Assembly (NCBI GenBank): GCA_030550585.1 | Contig: JAUQPB010000001.1 | Location: 96,001 to 160,000, forward strand | Reading direction: 5' to 3' | Source of the DNA: Thermoproteota archaeon | GTDB lineage: Archaea; Thermoproteota; Thermoprotei_A; Sulfolobales; Ignisphaeraceae | Length of the DNA stretch: 64,000 nucleotides | Shown: positions 1 through 10,111 of the stretch, piece after piece | Layout of the letters: every line of letters starts with the position of its first letter | Numbering within the stretch: position 1 is the stretch's first letter | Position numbers and translations under genes: made by a program | The notes under the pieces: model-generated | Told to the model about the DNA's origin: nothing | The model's database searches: none | What the model saw: only the letters and a program-made list of their open reading frames with translations

Positions 1-2
1 CA

Positions 3-353
3 AAACCTGTTGATCTTACCAACTCTAGGCATATAGGTATTGCAGTAACTGCAAAGACGTTTAGACAAAGTGTAAAGAGGGTTACAGGTATTGATGCCAC
101 CATCTACATGTCTTATGTTAGATTCGAGCCATTTTCAAGAATATACAGAATAGAATTTGTTGGAGAGGCTAGCGAGCCTGTAGAGCCTAGAGTCAGGCAT
201 TTGATAGACGTTCTATCACAATACATAGTCTCCGGCTATCCCTACCCACTTATGAGAGCAGATCAAATAGCCCATATTAGCACTGGAGATGTTGATAGAA
301 TAGCCGCTGTACTAGGCATCTCCTCAGATCCATACGATAGAGAGCCTTTGTAG
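3..353 (+). CDS. nurA: NurA 5'-3' nuclease, C-terminal part (gene starts before the window)
   Basis: Frame open from base 3; C-terminal GYPYPLMRADQIAHI matches the NurA GYPxxLxxAH-type motif; lies directly upstream of herA. Confidence 0.8.
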   Translation, partial: KPVDLTNSRHIGIAVTAKTFRQSVKRVTGIDATIYMSYVRFEPFSRIYRIEFVGEASEPVEPRVRHLIDVLSQYIVSGYPYPLMRADQIAHISTGDVDRIAAVLGISSDPYDREPL

Positions 354-363
354 GCGGTTGAAA

Positions 364-1863
364 ATGGCTTTGCAAAAACTTGTGGAGCTTGGGGATGCCG
401 CTAAAGAGAGTGAGGTTGTTGGCTACATAGTTGGAGAGTCTAAGCCCTATAGAGCTGAGATCCTGGCTTTTAGACCTCTTGCAATGGGCGAGTACCTGTA
501 TATGGAGTACCATGGGTATAGGGTGCTAGCATTTGTCGCAAACTCGATAACTGGTAGCACAGTTATATCAAGAGACTTGATTGATCCTAGAGATGTTGAG
601 AGACTTGTTAAGAGTGTGAGGGTTGGCGAGAGGCTTTTCTATCATAGGGGTGTGATCAAGATTCTAGGCTCTGTGGAGAACGATGGTCACAAGCTCCACA
701 TACCAGCTATACCGCCTCCGCCAGGGACAGAGGTATACAAAGCCCCTAAAACAGTTTTAGAGATGGTGTTTAGCCCGAGGAGACACGGCTATGTTAGAAT
801 CGGCACGCTTCTGAGAGAACCAGATATAGAGGTTAGGGTAAATATCAACAAAGTTGTCTCTAGGCATCTGGGAGTGCTTGCAATGACTGGAATGGGGAAG
901 AGCAACCTCGTTGCATTGATTGCCAAGAGAGTTGAGGAGCTTGGAGGAACAATAGTTATATTCGATTACCACGGGGAGTACACATCACTTAGAAACACTA
1001 CTTTGATAAAGCCTGTTCTAGACCCATTGAGGCTTACCCTAGATGAGCTTGCAAGGCTTTTGAACATACCAAGGAACGCAACTAGACAGAGAATGGTGCT
1101 CAAAGAGTGTTTGGATTCGATCGATGAGGAGACAGCTAAAGAGTTTTTCAATGTAATGAAGAGATGTGTTCAAGGGAGGGTTGCAAGATATGGCACATCT
1201 GCCCAAAAGGTTCTAGACTCTCTAACAGTCTACGAAAACTTTTTGAAGAGGATTCTCAAAGAGGATTCAGGCGATGTTATAGACAGGATAGTGATGGGCG
1301 CTATAAACGTTGTTGATTTGAGCGAGTTGCATCTAAACCACGCTGATGCTGTGATAGCACATTGGCTCTCAAGGCTCTTGGAGGCTAGAAAGGTTAGTGT
1401 GTGGAGCAATGGCTCAAGAGGGTTTCCAACGCCACTTATAGCAGTTATAGAAGAGGCCCATGTATTCATACCGGCTGATGAGGACACAGCTACAAAGTAT
1501 AGCGCATCGCTTGTGGCTAGAGAGGGTAGGAAATTTGGTTTGGGGCTTGTCATAGTGTCTCAAAGACCCAGGGGATTAGACCCAACCATCCTTAGCCAGT
1601 TAGGAAACCTAGCAATTCTTCGGATAGTTCATCCAGAGGACCAGGCATATATATCCAAGTATTGCGAGCCCGTTATGCAGGATGTTATGGAGGAGCTGCC
1701 AGGTCTCAACATTGGAGAAGCTATATTGCTTGGAGAATGGGTGCCGATACCAGCTGCCACTAGAATTGATTTGGTTAGCGAAAAAGTTAGTGGTATGGAT
1801 ATAGATGCTGTGGGTATTTGGAGTAGGTATGGGAAAAAGGAGCTAGATCTCCAAGTCTCTTAG
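364..1863 (+). CDS. herA: HerA DNA-repair helicase/translocase
   Basis: N-terminal HAS barrel, [14 protein letters not shown] Walker A, IEEAH Walker [13 protein letters not shown]; ATG at 364. Confidence 0.92.
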   Translation: MALQKLVELGDAAKESEVVGYIVGESKPYRAEILAFRPLAMGEYLYMEYHGYRVLAFVANSITGSTVISRDLIDPRDVERLVKSVRVGERLFYHRGVIKILGSVENDGHKLHIPAIPPPPGTEVYKAPKTVLEMVFSPRRHGYVRIGTLLREPDIEVRVNINKVVSRHLGVLAMTGMGKSNLVALIAKRVEELGGTIVIFDYHGEYTSLRNTTLIKPVLDPLRLTLDELARLLNIPRNATRQRMVLKECLDSIDEETAKEFFNVMKRCVQGRVARYGTSAQKVLDSLTVYENFLKRILKEDSGDVIDRIVMGAINVVDLSELHLNHADAVIAHWLSRLLEARKVSVWSNGSRGFPTPLIAVIEEAHVFIPADEDTATKYSASLVAREGRKFGLGLVIVSQRPRGLDPTILSQLGNLAILRIVHPEDQAYISKYCEPVMQDVMEELPGLNIGEAILLGEWVPIPAATRIDLVSEKVSGMDIDAVGIWSRYGKKELDLQVS

Positions 1864-2550
1864 AGTTAGCTTCTTTCTGCTCCTTCCACTCTCAATAGAC
1901 TCTAACTCCTCCGACAATATCTCCTCTTCTTTCTTAGTCTCTCTCAAGCATCCAAGGTCCCTAAGCTTGATATAGACATTTCTAACTGCTAGAAACACCT
2001 CATCCTCGCTTTTCGCACCTGTTATAACCATCTTCCCACTGCTGAATATGAGTAGAACGACGTGGGGTTCACTCATTCTGTATATGAGGCCTGGGAACTG
2101 CTCCGGCTCATACATTGTGTTCTCTAATAGGAAGGCAACCTTCTCTAGCATAACCTCTGAACCAATGTTTGCAGATGCCACAATGTTTTGTATTTGTATC
2201 CTCGGCTTGGACGATATTGTTACATAGTATTTTAGAAGCATTTTGATTATCTTCTTCACAGCTCTTATGAGCATTGGAGTGCTCTTAGCACCTGTAACAA
2301 CCATTCTCCCAGATCTGAAGACAAGTGCTGTAACCTTTGGATTGTCCATTCTCAGTACAAGCCCTGGAAACTGCTCTGGGTCATACTCGACATTTGGCAG
2401 TACTTTGTCTAGGTAGTCCAGATCTATGGTCTGTCCTATCGATACTGTGGCAACTATGTTCTCAACTTTAACACTTATGAACGGGTTGTTTAGGTCTAGG
2501 AGGTATTTCTCGTAAAATTGCTTATAATAGGAGTCTAAGGATGAAATAAT
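1843..2550 (-). CDS. tbp: TATA-box binding protein; start codon uncertain (candidate ATT at 2550 or 2547)
   Basis: Two TBP repeats. The first ([36 protein letters not shown]) lies in frame upstream of the ORF-track ATG at 2349; the frame stays open to TGA at 2563-2565. Confidence 0.93.
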   Translation of the reverse strand: MISSLDSYYKQFYEKYLLDLNNPFISVKVENIVATVSIGQTIDLDYLDKVLPNVEYDPEQFPGLVLRMDNPKVTALVFRSGRMVVTGAKSTPMLIRAVKKIIKMLLKYYVTISSKPRIQIQNIVASANIGSEVMLEKVAFLLENTMYEPEQFPGLIYRMSEPHVVLLIFSSGKMVITGAKSEDEVFLAVRNVYIKLRDLGCLRETKKEEEILSEELESIESGRSRKKLTLRDLEI

Positions 2551-2580
2551 CTCACTCTCAATTCAAGTTTTTAACTTAGG

Positions 2581-2615
2581 CTTATATACCTCTAACCAGG
2601 TTTATAAGCTCTTTT
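2581..2615 (-). promoter_or_regulatory. Candidate BRE/TATA elements for tbp
   Basis: Minus strand reads AAAAAGAGC-TTATAAA, then GGTATATAAG about 30 nt before the putative start. Confidence 0.45.
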
Positions 2616-2632
2616 TAAATTATGGCAATGAA

Positions 2633-3400
2633 TCAAAACATTGCTAGAAGATCCTCTACAGCTGATAGTGTTGGAAGTTCGAACAGACCTTCGTTCTCTA
2701 CTATTGCAAAGGGCTTTGCATCTCTCAAGACACCAAACCTCTTTATAATTGGAGACAAGTAGCTTTCAGGTGATGTTGAAACAGAGGTGCCAGTTTGATA
2801 AGCTCCCGCTGCAGGTAGCACAACAGCTGTTGACCCGTTCTGAAGCGGAATTCTCAGGAAACATGGAAGCTTTGTAACAGTCTCTGTAACAGGATCTTTT
2901 AACGCTATGCTCGGATGCTCATGACCCATTATAACCAGCTTTGCGTTATCTCCCAAATCCATTTTTTTGTGCCCATGAACAAAAAGCATGTTTTCAATCT
3001 CCATAGACTCATAAAACTCTATTCCATATCTCTGCGAGAGAGAGTATATGAAGTTGTCGTGGTTTCCCCTCACCAGAACAACTCTATTGAATCTCTTCTT
3101 GACGTAGAGTATAAACTCGTGGAGATCCTTAGACTCTCTTCTACCAAGCTTGTCGAACAGATGCTTTATATCCCCAACAATAATAAGTGTATCCACATTT
3201 ACTGTGTTCAGAGCCTTTTCAATAATATCTATAGCCTTGTTTAACTGCATTCTAGGAATGTAAATCCCCTTCGTAGCCATATACTCCTCAAAACCAAGAT
3301 GGATATCGGCAACAACAAGAGATTTCAAGCTACCGGTAGAGAGATAGGCTATGGGAAGATCATCGACACCGTAGATACCATTGTAAATCTCGTATAGCAT
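2633..3400 (-). CDS. Calcineurin-like metallophosphoesterase
   Basis: DIHLG, GDIKH, GNHD, HGH and GHEHP motifs. Confidence 0.9.
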   Translation of the reverse strand: MLYEIYNGIYGVDDLPIAYLSTGSLKSLVVADIHLGFEEYMATKGIYIPRMQLNKAIDIIEKALNTVNVDTLIIVGDIKHLFDKLGRRESKDLHEFILYVKKRFNRVVLVRGNHDNFIYSLSQRYGIEFYESMEIENMLFVHGHKKMDLGDNAKLVIMGHEHPSIALKDPVTETVTKLPCFLRIPLQNGSTAVVLPAAGAYQTGTSVSTSPESYLSPIIKRFGVLRDAKPFAIVENEGLFELPTLSAVEDLLAMF

Positions 3401-3479
3401 AACTACTCTCGCAGATCTTTTACCACTGTAAAATGCTTAACCTAGCAAAAAGTCTTATGCACCCCTTAGCTCTACTGTT

Positions 3480-5048
3480 TTAGCATGGCTCTATTGTTGA
3501 GGGGGGTTTCGACGATATTGCATATGTAACCATCGTTACACCGGGTATTTCCCGCGCTATTCTATTCGATATCCTTTCAAGAATCTCGAGCGGTATTTTA
3601 CTCCAATCAGCTGTCATGGCATCTTCGCTTTCAACAATCCTCACAGTAACTATGTATCCCAATTCTCTTCTATCTCCTTTTACACCAACCCATCTATCCT
3701 CTCCAACAACGGCAAATGCTTGCCAAACCCTCTCATACAGCCCCTCCCTCCTCAGCTCTTCCTCAACTATTTTAGAAGCCCTTCTGACTATCGCCAGCTT
3801 CTCTTCTGTTACCTCACCAATTATCCTAACGGCTAGTCCGGGACCTGGAAACGGGTGTCTATATGCCCATTCTCTCGGCACTCCAAGCGCTATAGCCAGT
3901 TTCCTCACCTCATCTTTGTATAGATGTCTTATAGGCTCTAAAACCCTTAGATTTAGCCATTTTGGCAGTCCAGCAACGTTGTGGTGGCTCTTGATCTTAT
4001 CTGCGCCAACTGCACCACCACTCTCTATGACATCTGGGTATGTTGTTCCCTGGGCAAGCCACTTTATATCTTTGTTGCTTTCGGCGATCTCCTTGAATAT
4101 TTCTGCAAATAGTTCTCCTATGATCCTCCTCTTCTCCTCGCAATCTTTAACACCTTTGAGTGCCTTCAAGAACCTCTGCGATGCGTCGATGTATATCGGG
4201 TTAATGCCAAGGCTTCTAAGCATATTCAAAACCTCTCTATCCTCATCCTCTCTAAGAAGACCGTGGTTGACAAAAACAGCTACTAGCCTATCTCCAATGG
4301 CTCTTTTCAGTAGGAGAGCTGTTACAGTTGAGTCAACACCGCCGCTAACTGCGCATAAGACCTTCTCATCCCTTCCCACAGCAGATTTAATTTCATCTAC
4401 AATACGATCTATTATGTTTCCCGGATTCCAGTTTTGTCTAGCCTTGGCTATTCCCACAACAAAATTTTCAATGAGTTTCCTACCCTTTGGGGTGTGGTAA
4501 ACCTCTGGATGGAACTGAACACCATATACAGGTCTATCGATAAGCTTAAACGCTGCTATATAGCCTGTTTCAACAGATCTTGCCAATACAATGGCTTTGT
4601 CCCTAGGAACCTCAGCCACATAGTCGCTGTGGGACATCCACACAAACTCTCTCTTGCCCCAACCAGCAAAAATATCATTGTGTGCTACAATCTCTATCTC
4701 TGTTTTCCCATACTCGCCAACACCTCTCTCAACCCTGCCACCAATCAAGTAGGCTAGAAGCTGATGTCCATAGCAAATACCTAGAATAGGCACACCAACA
4801 TCAAGTACCCAGCCACCTATTACCGGGGGATTGGGAGATGCTATAATACTGCTGGGCCCGCCAGACAATATGATTGCCTTGGGCCTAATCCTCTCAACAA
4901 CATCAACACTGAAATCAGTGTAATTGACAATCTCGCTATAAACATTGAGCTCCCTAACCCTTCTAGCAATCAAGTGAGCATACTGACCACCAAAATTGAC
5001 TATGACTACAGTGTCAAACTCCTTGAATGGAGTCCAGCCACTCTCCAT
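3480..5048 (-). CDS. guaA: GMP synthase (glutamine-hydrolysing), fused GATase and ATPPase domains
   Basis: GICYGHQ, QFHPEV, SGGVDS, IKSHHNV, HPFPGPGL, KPPSTIE. Confidence 0.97.
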   Translation of the reverse strand: MESGWTPFKEFDTVVIVNFGGQYAHLIARRVRELNVYSEIVNYTDFSVDVVERIRPKAIILSGGPSSIIASPNPPVIGGWVLDVGVPILGICYGHQLLAYLIGGRVERGVGEYGKTEIEIVAHNDIFAGWGKREFVWMSHSDYVAEVPRDKAIVLARSVETGYIAAFKLIDRPVYGVQFHPEVYHTPKGRKLIENFVVGIAKARQNWNPGNIIDRIVDEIKSAVGRDEKVLCAVSGGVDSTVTALLLKRAIGDRLVAVFVNHGLLREDEDREVLNMLRSLGINPIYIDASQRFLKALKGVKDCEEKRRIIGELFAEIFKEIAESNKDIKWLAQGTTYPDVIESGGAVGADKIKSHHNVAGLPKWLNLRVLEPIRHLYKDEVRKLAIALGVPREWAYRHPFPGPGLAVRIIGEVTEEKLAIVRRASKIVEEELRREGLYERVWQAFAVVGEDRWVGVKGDRRELGYIVTVRIVESEDAMTADWSKIPLEILERISNRIAREIPGVTMVTYAISSKPPSTIEPC

Positions 5049-5280
5049 TATAGCACCTACAACGCCTTAAAAACTCAAAGCGTATAGTAAAAGTCTAGGA
5101 TTATAAGCTCAAACGTGCTCTAGGCAACTCAACAAAATAGCGTTGTAAATGTTGATCAATTTTGATTCAGGCTTTTCTGCTTAGCTATACCCTAATATTA
5201 TATTGAGTATATATGAATGCGTACCCAAATCTCATTGCCTGCCTCCCAAGCATTGCCATGCATAGGCTATAGCAAATTTT

Positions 5281-5332
5281 GTGAACACTTGTTCACGTTA
5301 TGTGAATAGCACATGCATGCTCTGTTCACATA
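5281..5332. promoter_or_regulatory. Two adjacent inverted repeats sharing a GTGAA/TTCAC half-site in the guaA-glnA divergent spacer
   Basis: GTGAACA-CT-TGTTCAC (5281-5296) and TATGTGAATAG-N12-CTGTTCACATA (5299-5332). Confidence 0.45.
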
Positions 5333-5434
5333 GACATAGTGAAATAGTTGAATGGACATTTTAACAGATTTTTATTGACTATTACCAGTAAGAATATATT
5401 TTTACGTGTATAAGCCGTTTTGCTGTGAAATAAA

Positions 5435-6820
5435 ATGGGTGAAGACATCTCAGAAAAACTAGATAAGCTTGGGATAAAGTGGGTCAACCTCCAATTCACC
5501 GATGTTGTAGGCATATTCCGCCAGGTTACCGTGTCTAGGGAGTTGCTCACTCCAGAGGCTTTTGAAAATGGGCTGGGAAAGCTTGATGGCAGTAGTGTGA
5601 AGGGGTTTACAGGTATTGAAGAAAGCGATCTAAATCTTAAGCCGATTAAAGAGACTTTCGCTGTTATTCCATGGCTCAACGGAGTCGGTAGAATGATATG
5701 TGCTGTATATAGAGGTGGCGCCAGGTTCCCCAAGGATCCCAGAAATGTTGCTGAAGGTCTCGATAGCCTGCTTCGCGACAATGGCTTAAGGGCTTTTGTA
5801 TCACCAGAGCTAGAGTTCTTCATATTTGACAAGGTCACAGTCTCTATAGACACTTGGAGACAGTTTGTCGAGATCATGAGTTCCGAGGGGTACTGGACCT
5901 CTACACAGCCATTCAATGTGCTGAAGGAAGGCTACTACGTTACCTATCCAAATGATAAGTTTGAGGATCTGAAAATCGAGATTGGTGAAACACTCAAGAA
6001 GTTCTTTGGCATAAATGTCGAGGTATTTCACCACGAGGTTGCCGGGGCTTCACAACATGAAATAAACTTCAGAGGTGGTGAGGTAACAAACACTGCAGAT
6101 GTTGTTCAAACTGTGAAATATGTTATTAGATCTATTGCCAGTAAGAAAGGGTATATAGCAACATTCATGCCAAAGCCTCTCTACGGAGATAATGGATCTG
6201 GCATGCACGTACATGTAAGCATTTGGAGAAATGGTGAGAACCTATTTTATGATCCAAGCGATGAATATGCAGGAATAAGCCAATATGCGAGATACTTCAT
6301 AGGAGGCTTGATAGAACATGGAAGAGCTTTATCAGCACTTGTAAGCCCCACCGTTAATAGCTACAAGAGGCTTATACCGGGCTATGAAGCTCCAGTCTAC
6401 CTAGTCTGGAGCAAGGCAAATAGAAGCGCTGCCATAAGGGTTCCTGCATACCACAAACTCAATAGCCACTCTAAGAGAATAGAATATAGACCGCCAGACC
6501 CAACAGCAAATCCATATCTAGCCCTATCAGCAATAGTGCTAGCAGGTCTAGACGGGGTCAAGAAGAAGATAGACCCCGGTGACCCGATAGATGAGAACGT
6601 GTATAAGATGAGTCCACAGAAAAGAAAAGAGCTTGGGATAAAAGAGCTTCCAAGATCGTTGGACGAGGCATTAGATGAGCTGGAAACAGATAACGAGTGG
6701 CTAAAGCCTATCTATCCAAGCGAGTTGATAGAGACTTATATAGAGTTGAAGAGGGAGGAGGCTAGGAAGATACAGTCATATCCATCGCCAGCAGAAATAT
6801 ACAACTATATAAACTACTAA
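5435..6820 (+). CDS. glnA: Glutamine synthetase type I
   Basis: DGSSVKGF, PELEFF, HHEVA, TFMPKP, NGSGMHVH, NRSAAIRVP, RIEYRPPD. Confidence 0.97.
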   Translation: MGEDISEKLDKLGIKWVNLQFTDVVGIFRQVTVSRELLTPEAFENGLGKLDGSSVKGFTGIEESDLNLKPIKETFAVIPWLNGVGRMICAVYRGGARFPKDPRNVAEGLDSLLRDNGLRAFVSPELEFFIFDKVTVSIDTWRQFVEIMSSEGYWTSTQPFNVLKEGYYVTYPNDKFEDLKIEIGETLKKFFGINVEVFHHEVAGASQHEINFRGGEVTNTADVVQTVKYVIRSIASKKGYIATFMPKPLYGDNGSGMHVHVSIWRNGENLFYDPSDEYAGISQYARYFIGGLIEHGRALSALVSPTVNSYKRLIPGYEAPVYLVWSKANRSAAIRVPAYHKLNSHSKRIEYRPPDPTANPYLALSAIVLAGLDGVKKKIDPGDPIDENVYKMSPQKRKELGIKELPRSLDEALDELETDNEWLKPIYPSELIETYIELKREEARKIQSYPSPAEIYNYINY

Positions 6821-6920
6821 ACATTTTCATACGTGTTTATACATACTTAAATTTATTAAACAATTAAGATATACTTAGTTGATTATAATTTAGCAGAAAA
6901 GCCACAAGGTAGCAATACCT

Positions 6921-7853
6921 ATGTGTGGTATAGTAGGCGTAATGTCCACAGATGGTTTTGGCCCCGTTGGAGCTTATCTTATAGATTCCTTGGAGGCTCT
7001 CCAGCACCGCGGAAAAGACTCTGTGGGTGTAGCTGTATATAATGCAGGGTACGTAGAGAAAGATGCCATTAAGCTACATGTTCTAACAAAAGATGTTGTA
7101 GGCGCTTTAGGCAAGGTTGCAACAGCTATTGCCTCTGTTCATGGAGACATCAGAAATATTGCTATGGGGCTCTATTTGAAGGAAGGCTATAGCTACGATT
7201 CTATAGAGATAGTCTATAAGGGTTCTATAAAGCATTTGTATGATGCTGTGGAGTCTACTGGTGTAGCGAGGGTTGTGAGTATTGGTAGAAGAGCTCTTAT
7301 ATACAAATACACCACAACTGTGAGGGAATTCAATGGTATTTTCAATATTTCTGGTTTCCAAGGATCTCATGGAATTGGACATGTGAGATTCTCAACAGAA
7401 AGCGGTGTTGATATATTTCATGCACATCCATTTCAAGACCTTGAGAATCCTGACATAACCGTTGTTCACAATGGGCAAATAACTAACTATTGGAAGCTTA
7501 GGTCGCTACTTGAGATGAAGGGCGTAGAATTTCTAACAGACAATGATTCTGAGCTAATAGTTCACTATGTTGCATACAAAATGTCTAAGGGACTATCACT
7601 AGAGGCAGCACTCAAAGATGCTATAAATGTGTTGGAAGGTCCTTTTGCATTCATTATCGCTACTCCCGACGAGATTGGTGTAGCATGTGATAGACTTGGT
7701 TTAAGACCACTTGTTATCGGCATTTCTGATACTATTCATGCTGCTGCAAGTGAGGAAAGGGCTCTACAAGTTCTTGAATCTAAATATAATGTAAAGTTTC
7801 GTAAAAAACAGTTGAACTCAGGTGAAGTTGTTGTATGGAGGCTAAAAAGATGA
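6921..7853 (+). CDS. Glutamate synthase amidotransferase subunit (GltB1-like, Ntn class II) with ACT-like insertion
   Basis: N-terminal MCGI, LQHRG, GHVRFST, HPF, HNGQITN, DSE, DRLGLRPL; ATGA overlap with the next gene. Confidence 0.85.
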   Translation: MCGIVGVMSTDGFGPVGAYLIDSLEALQHRGKDSVGVAVYNAGYVEKDAIKLHVLTKDVVGALGKVATAIASVHGDIRNIAMGLYLKEGYSYDSIEIVYKGSIKHLYDAVESTGVARVVSIGRRALIYKYTTTVREFNGIFNISGFQGSHGIGHVRFSTESGVDIFHAHPFQDLENPDITVVHNGQITNYWKLRSLLEMKGVEFLTDNDSELIVHYVAYKMSKGLSLEAALKDAINVLEGPFAFIIATPDEIGVACDRLGLRPLVIGISDTIHAAASEERALQVLESKYNVKFRKKQLNSGEVVVWRLKR

Positions 7854-10003
7854 AAACGCTATCAGCTAAGAATCTAAGCCCACGAGATGTTAACAGAGCT
7901 CTAAGACAAATTGTTAGTGAGGGTGTAGAAGATGTAGAGATTAGCGATCCTAATGGTATACACTACCTTGCTGTGGGATTAAAAGGATCTATCAACATAT
8001 ATGTTAGAGGGTCTGTTGGATTCTACGTAGCAGCTTTAATGCATGGGCCTAGGGTATATGTAGAAGGCAATGCTGGTTGGTTCGCAGGGGAGAATATGTC
8101 TAGTGGAGAGCTGGTGATAATGGGTGATGCTGGTAATGGTACTGGTCAATACATTCTTGGTGGGACAATAGTTGTTAATGGCGATGCCGGTGCCCGTGTA
8201 GGTGCGTTAATGAAGAAAGGAACTGTTATTGTCAATGGAAAGACAGATATTATGACTGGTATGTACATGTTCGGCGGTAAAATCATTGTATTGGGTAATG
8301 TTGGGGAATATGTAGGAGAGCTTATGGTTGGTGGCGAAATCTATGTTGGCGGTGGGTATGAAGATCTTGGAAAAAATGCGATTGTTAAAGAAGCTTCAGA
8401 AGAGGAGAAGGAGCAGATAAACAATGTGTTGAGCAGCTATGGGATCAAGGGTAAGAGCAGCTATTTCAAAATTGTTCCACAAAGCAGAAGACCTGTATAT
8501 GGACACCAACAATATTTGGGGGTGCCAGAACCTCTAATCCCAAAGTATAAGGTTGAAATTCTGTATGATATTTGTAACGGCTGTAGAGAATGTGTTAAGG
8601 CATGCCCGCAAGGCGTTTTCTATGCTGTGCAGAAGGATGGTGAATACAAGGTTGTGCCACGCAATATAAACAAATGTGTTGGTTGCTATGCATGTGTTAG
8701 AGCATGCCCCAATAAAGCCATCCATGTAATTCCCTTGCCAGATCTGAGACGTGTTGGCTTTTGGGATACAGAATCAATTAATTACACCATTCAGACCTCT
8801 GTTACTGGAATACCTCTAGTCAGGGGCACTGGTGCAAGAAACTTTAACTTGCCATCACTTGACGAACTGCTGATCCTTCCTGCACAACTATCGAGACCTC
8901 CTATCGATAGCTATAGAGAGCCTTGTGACACTGAAGTGGTTTTAGGCTTTAGATTTGCTGAAAGGCCCTTGAGACTCAGAGCACCTATAATTATAGGTGC
9001 TATGAGCTATGGCTCGCTAAGTAAAGAGGCTAAAATAGCCATTGCTAGGGCAGCTTCAAGAGTTGGGATCGCTGTTAACACTGGTGAAGGTGGTATGCTG
9101 CCAGAGGAGAGGGCTGAGGCAAAAATACTTATTGCACAATATGCTAGCGGAAGGTTCGGTGTAACAATAGACTATCTACTCAATGCCGATGCCATAGAAA
9201 TTAAGATAGGGCAGGGAGCCAAGCCTGGACAAGGAGGTCTCTTGATGGGGGAGAAGGTAACAGAAGAGATAGCGCAGCTAAGGGGTATACCAGTTGGAGC
9301 AGATGCTATAAGCCCAGCCAGGCATCTGGACATTGTTGGACCCGAAGATCTGAAGATGAAGATAGATGAGCTGAGAGAGGCCACCGACTGGAAAATCCCA
9401 ATAATTGTCAAAGTTGCTGGTGGGAGAGTAAGAGACGATGTGAAAATAGCGGCTAAGGCTGGTGCAGATATCATTGTTGTCGATGCTAAACCGGCTGGGA
9501 CAGGCGCTTCACCAAATCTAGTCACAGACCATGTTGGATACCCGGTTATTGCAGCTGTTGTAGAGGCTGACAGGGCTTTGAGAGAACTGGGGCTAAGAGA
9601 CGAGGTATCGCTGGTTGTATCTGGTGGCGTTAGAAATGGTGCTGACATAGCAAAGCTCATAGCACTAGGGGCGGATGCTGTTGCCATTGGAACTCCTGTT
9701 CTAGTTGCCATGGGATGCACAATGTGCGGACTCTGCAACACGGGTAGGTGCCCCTATGGAATAGCAACTCAGAACCCTGCTCTCAGGAAAAGACTAGATG
9801 TAGAGAGGGCTGCAAAAGCTGTAGAGAATCTCTTGCATTCAATGATAAAAGAGTTGTGCATGTTCTCACAGCTAGCTGGAAAAACCTCGCCTAAGGGGTT
9901 GGAGAAAGAGGATCTAAGAGCGTTGACGCTAGAAGCATCTCTTATAGCAGGGGTAAAGCTGGCCGGGTTAGAGGGTGTGCCAAGCAAATGCCAGGAGCAT
10001 TAA
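7850..10003 (+). CDS. Glutamate synthase fusion: GXGXG (GltB3) domain, 2x[4Fe-4S] ferredoxin, FMN-binding (GltB2) domain
   Basis: GxAG repeats; CNGCRECVKACP and CVGCYACVRACP; MSYGSLS, NTGEGG, EIKIGQGAKPGQGG, CTMCGLCNTGRCP. Confidence 0.92.
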   Translation: MKTLSAKNLSPRDVNRALRQIVSEGVEDVEISDPNGIHYLAVGLKGSINIYVRGSVGFYVAALMHGPRVYVEGNAGWFAGENMSSGELVIMGDAGNGTGQYILGGTIVVNGDAGARVGALMKKGTVIVNGKTDIMTGMYMFGGKIIVLGNVGEYVGELMVGGEIYVGGGYEDLGKNAIVKEASEEEKEQINNVLSSYGIKGKSSYFKIVPQSRRPVYGHQQYLGVPEPLIPKYKVEILYDICNGCRECVKACPQGVFYAVQKDGEYKVVPRNINKCVGCYACVRACPNKAIHVIPLPDLRRVGFWDTESINYTIQTSVTGIPLVRGTGARNFNLPSLDELLILPAQLSRPPIDSYREPCDTEVVLGFRFAERPLRLRAPIIIGAMSYGSLSKEAKIAIARAASRVGIAVNTGEGGMLPEERAEAKILIAQYASGRFGVTIDYLLNADAIEIKIGQGAKPGQGGLLMGEKVTEEIAQLRGIPVGADAISPARHLDIVGPEDLKMKIDELREATDWKIPIIVKVAGGRVRDDVKIAAKAGADIIVVDAKPAGTGASPNLVTDHVGYPVIAAVVEADRALRELGLRDEVSLVVSGGVRNGADIAKLIALGADAVAIGTPVLVAMGCTMCGLCNTGRCPYGIATQNPALRKRLDVERAAKAVENLLHSMIKELCMFSQLAGKTSPKGLEKEDLRALTLEASLIAGVKLAGLEGVPSKCQEH

Positions 10004-10111
10004 CTAAGCGTATGCCGCGAACAAATTTTGGAAAACAATATCTAGTTCATAATCTCAAAAAAACGCATCATAATTGATTATTTAAAAATAAACAATGTTT
10101 TAGCTAGCTTT

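Noticed and set aside
3616-4500. 294-aa plus-strand ORF
   Set aside because: Ser/Thr/Leu-rich antisense shadow of guaA
5326-5916. 196-aa minus-strand ORF, and the many other short nested ORFs in the track
   Set aside because: They overlap well-supported genes on the opposite strand or in another frame
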